A stretch of DNA of 64,000 bases from Terriglobales bacterium. GTDB taxonomy: Bacteria > Acidobacteriota > Terriglobia > Terriglobales > Acidobacteriaceae. Of this stretch, positions 1-7,189 are shown one piece after another; positions within the stretch are counted from its first letter, which is position 1, and each line of letters begins with the position of its first letter. Where the stretch lies: positions 111,969-175,968 of the forward strand of contig JBHGBA010000003.1 in the NCBI GenBank assembly GCA_041946775.1, given 5' to 3'. The notes beneath the pieces are model-generated. The model searched no databases. It was not told the DNA's origin and saw only the letters and a list, made by a program, of their open reading frames with translations. A program made the translations under genes and the position numbers.

Positions 1-4
1 TCCG

Positions 5-706
5 ATGCTGGAACTTACGTCACGCGAACGGCTTATAGTCGCCTTGGACGTAGACGACGCTGAGGCCGCTCGAAACATCGTCAGCAAGCTGGGCGACACG
101 GTCGCGACCTACAAGGTTGGCAAGCAGCTATTCACGGCCGCCGGGCCGGACTTCGTCCGCGAGTTGGTGGGCGCCGGCCGGCGGGTGTTCCTTGATCTGA
201 AGTTCCACGACATACCCAACACAGTCGCGGCGGCGGTGCGCTCGGCGGCGAAGCTGGGGGTCTGCATGCTTACCGTACACGCCAGCGGCGGCCCGAAAAT
301 GCTTCGCGCAGCGGTCAAGGCGGCAGCCGAGGCGCCGCATCCGGTGCTGGTGCTGGCGGTGACTGTCCTGACCAGCCTGACGGATGAAGATTTGAGCGAA
401 GTCGGAGTAAGTGGGCGGGTGCTGGACCAGGTGCTGCGGCTGGCGGCACTGGCCCGCAGTGCCGGATGTGGCGGGGTGGTAGCGTCGCCGCTGGAGGCGG
501 GCGAACTACGCAGGGAGCTCGGGTGGGACTTTGCCATCGTCACGCCGGGAGTGCGCCCGCCGGGAGCGGCCGCCGCCGACCAAGCGCGGGTCATGACGCC
601 GGCCGAGGCCATTGCGGCGGGCGCGACTTATATCGTAGTCGGACGGCCGATTACCGGGGCGGCCGATCCGGCGGCGGCGGCGGGAAGCATAGTTTCTAGT
701 TTCTGA
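5..706 (+). CDS. pyrF: orotidine 5'-phosphate decarboxylase
   Basis: 233-aa ORF with LIVALD and [12 protein letters not shown] (active-site Lys) motifs and a C-terminal VVGRPI motif typical of PyrF. Confidence 0.9.
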   Translation: MLELTSRERLIVALDVDDAEAARNIVSKLGDTVATYKVGKQLFTAAGPDFVRELVGAGRRVFLDLKFHDIPNTVAAAVRSAAKLGVCMLTVHASGGPKMLRAAVKAAAEAPHPVLVLAVTVLTSLTDEDLSEVGVSGRVLDQVLRLAALARSAGCGGVVASPLEAGELRRELGWDFAIVTPGVRPPGAAAADQARVMTPAEAIAAGATYIVVGRPITGAADPAAAAGSIVSSF

Positions 707-896
707 TTTCTGGACTCGTTTCCCGTTTCCTGTTCCCCGTTTCCCGTCGCCCGTTCGCGCGCAGTGCGATTAATAATTTTCAACCCACAATTCCTGGAGT
801 CGACGAAAACGGCGAGCAAGAAATAAGCCCTCGTTTTGGCGAGGGCTTGAACCGGAAACGGGGAGCGGGAAACGGGAACCGGAAGCCGGAAACGGG
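692..896. repeat. inverted pair of degenerate heptamer arrays, (GTTTCCC-like)n left arm and (GGGAAAC-like)n right arm
   Basis: Left arm about 692-758 has about 9 units of GTTTCYN. Right arm about 849-896 has about 7 units of GRAAMSG/GGGAAAC, complementary to the left arm. The element exactly fills the gap between convergent stop codons at 706 and 898. Confidence 0.8.
825..848 (-). terminator. stem-loop AAGCCCTCG-TTTTGG-CGAGGGCTT, candidate intrinsic terminator
   Basis: Perfect 9-bp stem with 6-nt loop. On the minus strand it is followed by ATTTCTT. It lies between convergent genes. Confidence 0.4.
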
Positions 897-897
897 T

Positions 898-1077
898 TTA
901 GAGCTTTTCGTAGAACTCACAGGCCGAGCACGAGATGTACATTCCACCGGCGACATTGCGCTCGCGGTCCTTCACGCGTTTCACGATGCGGGTGGGCTTG
1001 CCACACTTGGGGCAGTCGGTGCTCTTGCTGGTGTCCATGACCTTTTTGCGGTCAGCGGTCTTTGCGATCTTCGCCAT
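898..1077 (-). CDS. small lysine-rich zinc-ribbon protein (59 aa)
   Basis: Internal ATG of the 105-aa ORF is preceded by AGGAGA. MAKIAKTADRKK... carries CPKC...CSAC, two CxxC pairs. Confidence 0.6.
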   Translation of the reverse strand: MAKIAKTADRKKVMDTSKSTDCPKCGKPTRIVKRVKDRERNVAGGMYISCSACEFYEKL

Positions 1078-1289
1078 GCGTATCTCCTGACCTTCGGCAC
1101 AGCCGGAAACGGTCTCAGAATCAATGTGTTCGGGAGCGATGAGGCCAAACAGGGCGTCTGCGGCGGCACGCGAGGCGTTATACTCAACGCGGCAGCCGGA
1201 ACCGGGCCGCCGCAAGCAGACGCAACGCCGAAAGCCGGCGCACAGACGCTATCAACTCGCCGTATTTCGATTCTACATGAGCGCGCGAC

Positions 1290-1661
1290 ATGTTGAAACA
1301 GATCCGCTGGGACGAGCTTACGAAGGAGCAGTTAAGCCCGAAACTCTTACGGCAATATTTCACCGCGGGCGATGTAACTATCGCCCGCTTCCAGATGAAG
1401 CAGGGACTGCGGATCGCTACTCACCACCATGTGAGTGAGCAGATCATGAACATCCAGCAGGGCGTGGTGAAGGTGTGGACCGATGGGGGCGAGTACCTGC
1501 TGCGCGAAGGCGACGTGCTTTGCATTCCGCCAAACATGCCGCACAGTAGCGAGGTGCTGGCCGACGCCGTAGTGCTGGACGTGTTCTCTCCCCCGCGCAC
1601 CGACTGGGTCGCCGGTGAAGACGCGTACTTACGCGGCATCAGTACCCAAGCAGCAGAGTAG
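1290..1661 (+). CDS. cupin domain protein
   Basis: 123 aa with HHHVSEQIMNIQQG...GDVLCIPPNMPH, a cupin two-motif pattern. Confidence 0.75.
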   Translation: MLKQIRWDELTKEQLSPKLLRQYFTAGDVTIARFQMKQGLRIATHHHVSEQIMNIQQGVVKVWTDGGEYLLREGDVLCIPPNMPHSSEVLADAVVLDVFSPPRTDWVAGEDAYLRGISTQAAE

Positions 1662-1793
1662 AACTGGCGAACCGCCAAACTGGTGAACTGGCGAACTGAC
1701 GAACGGGGTAGGGCAATGTTTCCCTGCCTGACCCGATGGCCCGATGGTGAGATGACCCGATGACCAGTTCGCCGGTTCATCAGTTCGCCAAGC
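1661..1793. repeat. inverted heptamer/octamer arrays, (GAACTGGC-like)n ... (GCCAGTTC-like)n, with an inner (TGRCCCGA)n array
   Basis: Left arm about 1661-1704 reads gaactggcgaaccgccaaactggtgaactggcgaactgacgaac. Inner array about 1729-1765. Right arm about 1765-1793 reads cagttcgccggttcatcagttcgcc. The element starts at the cupin stop codon. Confidence 0.75.
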
Positions 1794-1819
1794 CGTCAGT
1801 TGTGTAGGAGTGGAACGCG

Positions 1820-2998
1820 ATGGCGCTGAAATTCCGGGGCGTGGATTTCATTCAATTTGACCGGCTGTTGAGCGACGACGAAATTCTGGTCCGCAATACT
1901 GCCCGCCAGTTCATCGAAGACAACCTGATTCCCATCATCGAGCAATGCAACCGCGAGGGCCGGTTTCCCCGCGAACTGGTGAAACCCATGGCTGAACTTG
2001 GGTTCTTCGGCGCCAACCTGAAGGGTTACGGCTGCGCCGAGATGTCGAACGTGGAGTACGGCCTGGTGATGCAGGAATTGGAACGCGGCGACAGCGGGGT
2101 GCGGTCGTTTGTCAGCGTGCAGTCGGCGCTGGTGATGTATCCGATTTACACCTTCGGCAGCGACGAGCAGAAGGAGCGCTGGTTGCCACCGCTGCAAAAG
2201 GGTGAGGCGCTGGGGTGTTTCGGGCTGACCGAGCCGGATTTTGGCTCCAATCCCGGCGGGATGCGTACTCGCGCGCGCCGCGACGGCAACGAATACATCC
2301 TGAACGGCGAAAAGATGTGGATCACCTCGGGCTCGATCTCCGACGTAGCTGTTGTTTGGGCGAAAAATGAAGACGAGGGTGGCAAGATTCGCGGCTTCCT
2401 GGTGGAGACCCACCGTCCCGGGTTCCGCACCGAAGATGTGCACGGCAAATGGTCGTTGCGGGCGTCGGTGACGTCGTCGCTGTCATTGCAGGACGTGCGC
2501 GTGCCCGCCTGCAACCTGTTGCCCAAGACCGACGGGCTGAAGTCGGCCTTAATGTGTCTGAACCAGGCGCGCTATGGAATTGCCTGGGGCGCAATCGGGG
2601 CGGCCATGGCGTGCTATGACACGGCGCTGCAATATGCCGGTTTCCGCAAACAGTTTCGCGACCAGCCTATTGCCAGTCACCAACTCGTTCAGGACAAGCT
2701 GGTCTGGATGATCAGCGAGATCACCAAAGCGCAACTGCTGGCCTTGCAGGTGGGGCGGCTGAAGGACGAGGGCAACGCCGGTTTCCAGCACATCTCGATG
2801 GCCAAACGGAACAACGTGTGGATGGCACTGGAGTGCGCGCGCATGGCCCGTGATATCCTCGGGGCCAACGGCATCGCCGACGAGTACCCCGTCTTTCGCC
2901 ACATGTGCAATCTGGAGTCGGTGAAGACCTACGAGGGGACCCACGACATACACACGCTGATCATCGGCAGCAACATCACCGGTATCGACGCCTTCTGA
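1820..2998 (+). CDS. gcdH: glutaryl-CoA dehydrogenase (acyl-CoA dehydrogenase family)
   Basis: 392 aa with GCFGLTEPDFGSNPGGMRTRA, WITSGSISD and TYEGTHDIHTLIIG motifs characteristic of GCDH-type ACADs. Confidence 0.85.
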   Translation: MALKFRGVDFIQFDRLLSDDEILVRNTARQFIEDNLIPIIEQCNREGRFPRELVKPMAELGFFGANLKGYGCAEMSNVEYGLVMQELERGDSGVRSFVSVQSALVMYPIYTFGSDEQKERWLPPLQKGEALGCFGLTEPDFGSNPGGMRTRARRDGNEYILNGEKMWITSGSISDVAVVWAKNEDEGGKIRGFLVETHRPGFRTEDVHGKWSLRASVTSSLSLQDVRVPACNLLPKTDGLKSALMCLNQARYGIAWGAIGAAMACYDTALQYAGFRKQFRDQPIASHQLVQDKLVWMISEITKAQLLALQVGRLKDEGNAGFQHISMAKRNNVWMALECARMARDILGANGIADEYPVFRHMCNLESVKTYEGTHDIHTLIIGSNITGIDAF

Positions 2999-3007
2999 GG
3001 CAACAAC

Positions 3008-3901
3008 ATGATCACACCTGAAGTTTTGCAGCATCTTGCAAATGCTATTCATAACCTTCATAATGCGAGTTTTTCCGGGTCGGCTCGGAATGTCGTTGCC
3101 GACGGCTACTCCGCGATCGACGCGTCATTCTCGGCGGTGTTAATTGATGCGGGGTATCAGCCACCCAAGAATCACAAAGAAAAGCTTTCACAGGCTGAGA
3201 AGCTGTTCCCGAATTTGCTGCAGGGTTACCGCGAGTCGACTCGGGGCGGCGGCACGATAATTAGCGCCGCTGGTGTAGCATGGCCGCGGATCACGAGCTT
3301 CTATCGGGAGTGGCTGACGGCAAGATACGAAACGTTCTCCCTCACTGCCGACCAAGCCCGCCGGCGGTGTGTCGAGGCGGCGAGGGCTGTAGCCTGCTGC
3401 ATGCGGTTCATAGCTGCCAGCAACGGTGTAGGCTTACTTGACCTAGAGGACAGCGTCAAAAAACTCGCCTTCGGGTATCTCTACTCCGAAGCAGATCAAG
3501 CTGTGGGAAAAGTTCACGAGCGGCGGTTTGCTAGAGCCGAGCAGTACGGCGAAATGCATGGTGCCAAGCTTGGGACTAAGCTGGCTGAGACTTCAAATTA
3601 CTGTACATTCTCGATCGTTGCCGACGATGCACTCACACGCGGCATCATCAAAGACGATTCCGAAATCGCGGAGGAATGTGCGGATTTGTACGAGAGATTT
3701 CTTCGGCTTGTGGAGCTGATTGAGAAGAAACGCCACTGGCGCCTAGCACCGTCGCAAACGGAACTGGGCCGTTCCGAACCGGACGAGGTTCCGGATTTCA
3801 TGCTGGCGCTGAGATTTCGTTACCACGGCGCAAAGGTTTCCGAGTTGGGCAAACAATGGGCTGAACTGATTGGAATGTACCCGTGCGATCACACGGTTTG
3901 A
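3008..3901 (+). CDS. hypothetical protein with a weak HEPN-like N-terminal region
   Basis: 297-aa ORF starting 9 nt after the gcdH stop. By eye its codon third positions are more AT-rich than in the flanking genes. The N-terminal helix pair YSAIDASFSAVLIDAGYQPPKNHKEKL resembles HEPN helices. I recognised no family with confidence. Confidence 0.55.
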   Translation: MITPEVLQHLANAIHNLHNASFSGSARNVVADGYSAIDASFSAVLIDAGYQPPKNHKEKLSQAEKLFPNLLQGYRESTRGGGTIISAAGVAWPRITSFYREWLTARYETFSLTADQARRRCVEAARAVACCMRFIAASNGVGLLDLEDSVKKLAFGYLYSEADQAVGKVHERRFARAEQYGEMHGAKLGTKLAETSNYCTFSIVADDALTRGIIKDDSEIAEECADLYERFLRLVELIEKKRHWRLAPSQTELGRSEPDEVPDFMLALRFRYHGAKVSELGKQWAELIGMYPCDHTV

Positions 3902-3994
3902 CGGCATCTTCTCCGGCGCGGGAATGATTCTTTTTCCGCGTGGGTACGTAAGCTTCAGGGCGACGAGCGCCATTCTCTTCTGTCGGAGGCATTC

Positions 3995-5035
3995 ATGGCA
4001 ACGGAGTCACAGCTAAAACGGGCACTGGCCAAGAGCTACGGCCAGAACATCGAGAGCGACCTGGCGCTGGAATTTCTGCGCGTAGTAGAGGTGGCGGCCA
4101 TCGCGTCCGCCAAAACCATGGGTCAGGGTGACCGCAAACTGGCCGACCACGTGGCCACCGAAGCCATGCGGCACACCATGGACACGGTTCCGATGAAAGG
4201 CACCATCGTGATCGGCGAAGGCGAACGCGATGAGGCTCCGATGCTGTATATCGGCGAGCAGGTCGGCGCCGAGTTCCCCGACCACACCGAGGTCCCGGCA
4301 ATTGATATTGCGGTTGATCCACTGGAAGGCACGAACCTGTGCGCGACCGGTGCGCCGGGCGCAATTACCGTGCTGGCGGCCTCGGAAAAGGGCGGACTGC
4401 TGCATGCCCCAGACTGCTACATGGAGAAGATCGTAGTAGGTCCGTCGTGCAAGGGCTGCGTGGATCTCGATGCGCCCGTGGCGGACAACCTGAAGAACAT
4501 CGCCCGTGCGCTGAGTCGCGATGTCGAAGATCTGGTGGTGATAGTCCTCGACCGGCCGCGCCACGAGAAGCTCATCAACGACATTCGCAAGGCGGGGGCG
4601 CGGATCCGGTTGATTGGCGATGGCGATTTGTCCGCCGGTATCGCGGCGGCTGTCATCGGAACTGGCGTCCATGCAGTCATGGGCTCGGGCGGCGCGCCCG
4701 AGGGAGTGCTGACCGCGGCCGCCATCCGCTGCCTGAACGGCTACATGCAGGGCCGGCTGGTCATCAACAAGCCCGAGTTGCAAGAGCGAGTGGCGCGCAT
4801 GGGCATCAAGGACCCAAAGAAGGTGTACACGGCCGAGGAACTGGCGCCGGGCAAACAGCTCATCTTTGCCGCCACCGGCGTGACTGATGGGGCGCTGATG
4901 CGCGGGGTGCGCTTCTTCGGCGAAGGCGCCCGTACGTCCTCGGTCATCATGACGCTGAACACGGGGAAGATCCGCTTCATTGACAGCATCCACGTGGACA
5001 AGACAGCGAAGGACATCAAGATTCGGTTCAGCTAG
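3995..5035 (+). CDS. glpX: class II fructose-1,6-bisphosphatase
   Basis: 346 aa with [18 protein letters not shown] and GSGGAPEGV motifs of GlpX. Confidence 0.9.
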   Translation: MATESQLKRALAKSYGQNIESDLALEFLRVVEVAAIASAKTMGQGDRKLADHVATEAMRHTMDTVPMKGTIVIGEGERDEAPMLYIGEQVGAEFPDHTEVPAIDIAVDPLEGTNLCATGAPGAITVLAASEKGGLLHAPDCYMEKIVVGPSCKGCVDLDAPVADNLKNIARALSRDVEDLVVIVLDRPRHEKLINDIRKAGARIRLIGDGDLSAGIAAAVIGTGVHAVMGSGGAPEGVLTAAAIRCLNGYMQGRLVINKPELQERVARMGIKDPKKVYTAEELAPGKQLIFAATGVTDGALMRGVRFFGEGARTSSVIMTLNTGKIRFIDSIHVDKTAKDIKIRFS

Positions 5036-5058
5036 TGGCTAGTGGCTGGTGGGCGAGG
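5031..5058. repeat. single-arm heptamer array (GCTAGTG GCTAGTG GCTGGTG GGCGAGG)
   Basis: Tandem 7-mers begin on the glpX stop codon. Confidence 0.6.
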
Positions 5059-5140
5059 AATCTGCTGTGTTTTGCGTGGCACGAAAAAGCAGATTTCTCG
5101 CTTCGCTCTCTCGAAAGGCCGCCGCAGACAAAGGCCTCAA

Positions 5141-5213
5141 CGCAAAGGACACGAAGGCCGCAGAGGGCGCAAAGGGAAACTGGGGCCCGCCGCCGGGGAC
5201 GGCGGCGCCACGC
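5141..5213. repeat. copy 1 of the CGCAAAGGACACGAAGGC...GGGGCCCGCCGCCGGGACGGCGGCGC element
   Basis: Shares both modules with copies at about 49017-49088 and 52192-52273. The hairpin module recurs at 62939-63034. Hairpin is GCCGCCG-GGA-CGGCGGC. Confidence 0.75.
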
Positions 5214-5303
5214 GCGAAGACGCGACTTTCATCTCGTTTGGTGGGCCGCAGGTCCATGTGGCCCCCCGGACGACAACATCAGCCGGTATTCCCCCGTTCT
5301 CTG

Positions 5304-6086
5304 CTACGCCACATGTGCGCGGGAGCGGAAGTACTCCGCTACTTTGGCGGCGGAAATCTCGCGAAAGTCGCTGATCACCCAGTCGGCGCCATGGCGACGC
5401 AGCGCTTCGGCTTCGCCGTGGCGGTCAACGCCGAGCACCAAGCCGAATGCGCCTCGTTTCCCGGCTTCCACGCCGGCGACCGCATCTTCGATTACCATCG
5501 CCTGGCTCGGTTCGATGCCGCCGGTCAGTAACTCCAGACATTTGAGGAAGATGTCGGGTTCGGGCTTGCCGCGCAGGCCCAAGCGTTCGCTTACGAGGCC
5601 GTCAACAACGGCTTCGAACAAGCTCAGCAGGCCGACGCGCTCCAGAACAGGGGCGGCGTTTTTGCTGGACGAAGCAAGCCCCACATGGATGCCGCGGTCA
5701 CGCAGCTCCCGTATAAAGCGCACCGCTTCGTGATCAACATCCACCCCGAGTTCGTGTGTTTTAGCGACGAACAAATCGTTCTTGCGGTTGCCGAGGCCGC
5801 AGACGGTTTCCGCGGTGGGCGCGTCGGTCGGGTGCCCGTAAGGAATGTGAACGCCCCGCGATTCCAAGAAGATGCGCACGCCTTCATAGCGGGGGCGGCC
5901 ATCAACGAACGCGCGGTAGTCGCGGTCGGCATCGAACGGGCGAAAAGGCCCGCCGAAGCGTTCCTGGCGCGAACGCAGGTAGAAGTCAAACAGTTCCTTC
6001 CACGCGGCGGCGTGAACGCGCGCGGTGAAGGTGACGACGCCGTCGAGGTCGAAGACAGCAGCTTGGGGGAGGGTGTTTTGGCCCAT
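5304..6086 (-). CDS. beta-phosphoglucomutase-family HAD hydrolase
   Basis: FDLDGVV (DxDG), GLASSS and EDAVAGVEAG motifs. ATG at 6086 is preceded by GAGGAG. It lies downstream of a GH65 phosphorylase. Confidence 0.8.
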   Translation of the reverse strand: MGQNTLPQAAVFDLDGVVTFTARVHAAAWKELFDFYLRSRQERFGGPFRPFDADRDYRAFVDGRPRYEGVRIFLESRGVHIPYGHPTDAPTAETVCGLGNRKNDLFVAKTHELGVDVDHEAVRFIRELRDRGIHVGLASSSKNAAPVLERVGLLSLFEAVVDGLVSERLGLRGKPEPDIFLKCLELLTGGIEPSQAMVIEDAVAGVEAGKRGAFGLVLGVDRHGEAEALRRHGADWVISDFREISAAKVAEYFRSRAHVA

Positions 6087-6122
6087 GGAACTCCTCTGAA
6101 TCAGACGGGCCACCGGGCGGCG

Positions 6123-6227
6123 CGGACATAGTGATTTGGGATCGGGGATTTGGGAGTGGGGATTTCAATCTGCGCCGCAGGTTCACAGCAAATTCCAAAT
6201 CCCAGATCCCAAACCCCAAATCTCAAA
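6123..6227. repeat. inverted heptamer arrays, (GATTTGG-like)n ... (CCAAATC-like)n
   Basis: Left arm about 6123-6155 reads gatttgggatcggggatttgggagtggggattt. Right arm about 6181-6227 reads aattccaaatcccagatcccaaaccccaaatctcaaatccaaaatcc. The element lies between the USP stop and the HAD gene start. Confidence 0.8.
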
Positions 6228-6265
6228 TCCAAAATCCATTCCGAGCTTGTTTCCTGCGCCGCTGG

Positions 6266-7189
6266 TTAAGCTGCGCGGGTTTCGCCCGCCTGTGCCGCCA
6301 GCGCAGCGGTGCAAAGCAGCAGCACCGGGCAGCCGGAGCGGCCCACGATGGTTTTGAGCGCACCGGTGGGCTTTGAGTCCCAATCGCCCGCCCAGGGTAC
6401 AGTGACCAAGTCCACCAGATGATCGCGAGCAAACTGGGCGACCTCTGATCCGGGCTGGCCGCCCGCAACCAGCAGCTTGAAATTCATTGACGTGGCGGGC
6501 GCACCCAGTGCCATCATGCGCTCCACGAACTCGCGCGCCCAGGCCGGCCATTCGTGATGTGGCTGATCTATGTAGCGCGGAGCGGGCAAACTGCCGGGCT
6601 CGCTTGGGCCCTCATCGCCGCGCGCGGCCACGTGCAGCGCGATCACCTCGGCGCCGGCGCGGTGGGCGAGGTCCGCGGTGGAAGGGAGCGCTACGTCGGC
6701 AGTCGGAGTACCGTTGTGCGCGAGCAGGATGCGCCGCAACTGCCAGGGCGCAGGACCGCGCTCGGGCGGGACAAACATGATGCGCGCCGGTATGGCGGTC
6801 AGCACGCCCTCGGCCACCGATCCGAGCAAGGTGCGGGCGCGATTGCCGGCGTGAGTACACATGACGATGAGCGGCGAGGGCAGTTCGCGCGCGAGCTCCG
6901 CGATGGCCCGTGCGGGTTCGCCGATACGCTCATGCAGCACCGCACCGTGCATCTCGTCTTGCGTGAGGCCAAGTTCGTGCAGTGTCTCGCGTGCGCCGAG
7001 CAGATGGTCGCCCACATAGACCACGTGCAAGCTCGCGTTCTCGACACGCGCCACCACCCGGGCCACGGGCAGGGCGACCTTCGAGTGACTCGTTCCGTCC
7101 AGCGGAACAAGGACGGTTTCGACGTGAAATACTCTTGCGGACGACGTGTCCCGCGAGGGTTCGTGCCGGTCGTGTGTCAGCGCGTTCAT
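6266..7189 (-). CDS. tandem universal stress protein (two Usp domains)
   Basis: LVPLDGTSHSKVAL and GSVAEGVL motifs in the first half, with a second Usp-like half. The ATG at 7189 overlaps the GH65 TGA (ATGA). Confidence 0.8.
   Translation of the reverse strand: MNALTHDRHEPSRDTSSARVFHVETVLVPLDGTSHSKVALPVARVVARVENASLHVVYVGDHLLGARETLHELGLTQDEMHGAVLHERIGEPARAIAELARELPSPLIVMCTHAGNRARTLLGSVAEGVLTAIPARIMFVPPERGPAPWQLRRILLAHNGTPTADVALPSTADLAHRAGAEVIALHVAARGDEGPSEPGSLPAPRYIDQPHHEWPAWAREFVERMMALGAPATSMNFKLLVAGGQPGSEVAQFARDHLVDLVTVPWAGDWDSKPTGALKTIVGRSGCPVLLLCTAALAAQAGETRAA

Noticed and set aside
692-896. Possibility that the tandem short repeats (here and at 1661, 6123, 37117, 44186) are CRISPR arrays
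   Set aside because: The repeat unit is only about 7 nt, the units are contiguous with no spacers, the arrays occur as complementary arm pairs, and no cas genes are present.
4013-4993. Long antisense or out-of-frame ORFs. Examples: 4013-4993(-), 10232-11368(-), 12218-13054(+), 17064-18020(-), 18484-19602(+), 26410-28086(+), 37935-38978(+), 38992-40143(+), 41162-42424(+), 55713-56924(+), 58573-59802(+), 61048-62130(+).
   Set aside because: They overlap genes with clear family motifs. They are Arg/Ala/Gly/Pro-rich with no motifs, which is typical of shadow ORFs in GC-rich DNA.
5074-5092. TGGCACGAAAAAGCA sigma-54-like match
   Set aside because: The GG-to-GC spacing is one nt too short, and it lies in the loop of a repeat-element hairpin between convergent genes.
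5035-5733. 232-aa ORF starting at the glpX stop, plus the overlapping ORFs 5042-5374 and 5049-5531
   Set aside because: The 5' parts translate the intergenic repeat modules (KDTKAAEGAKG...) and the rest is antisense to the HAD hydrolase gene. They are not protein-like.
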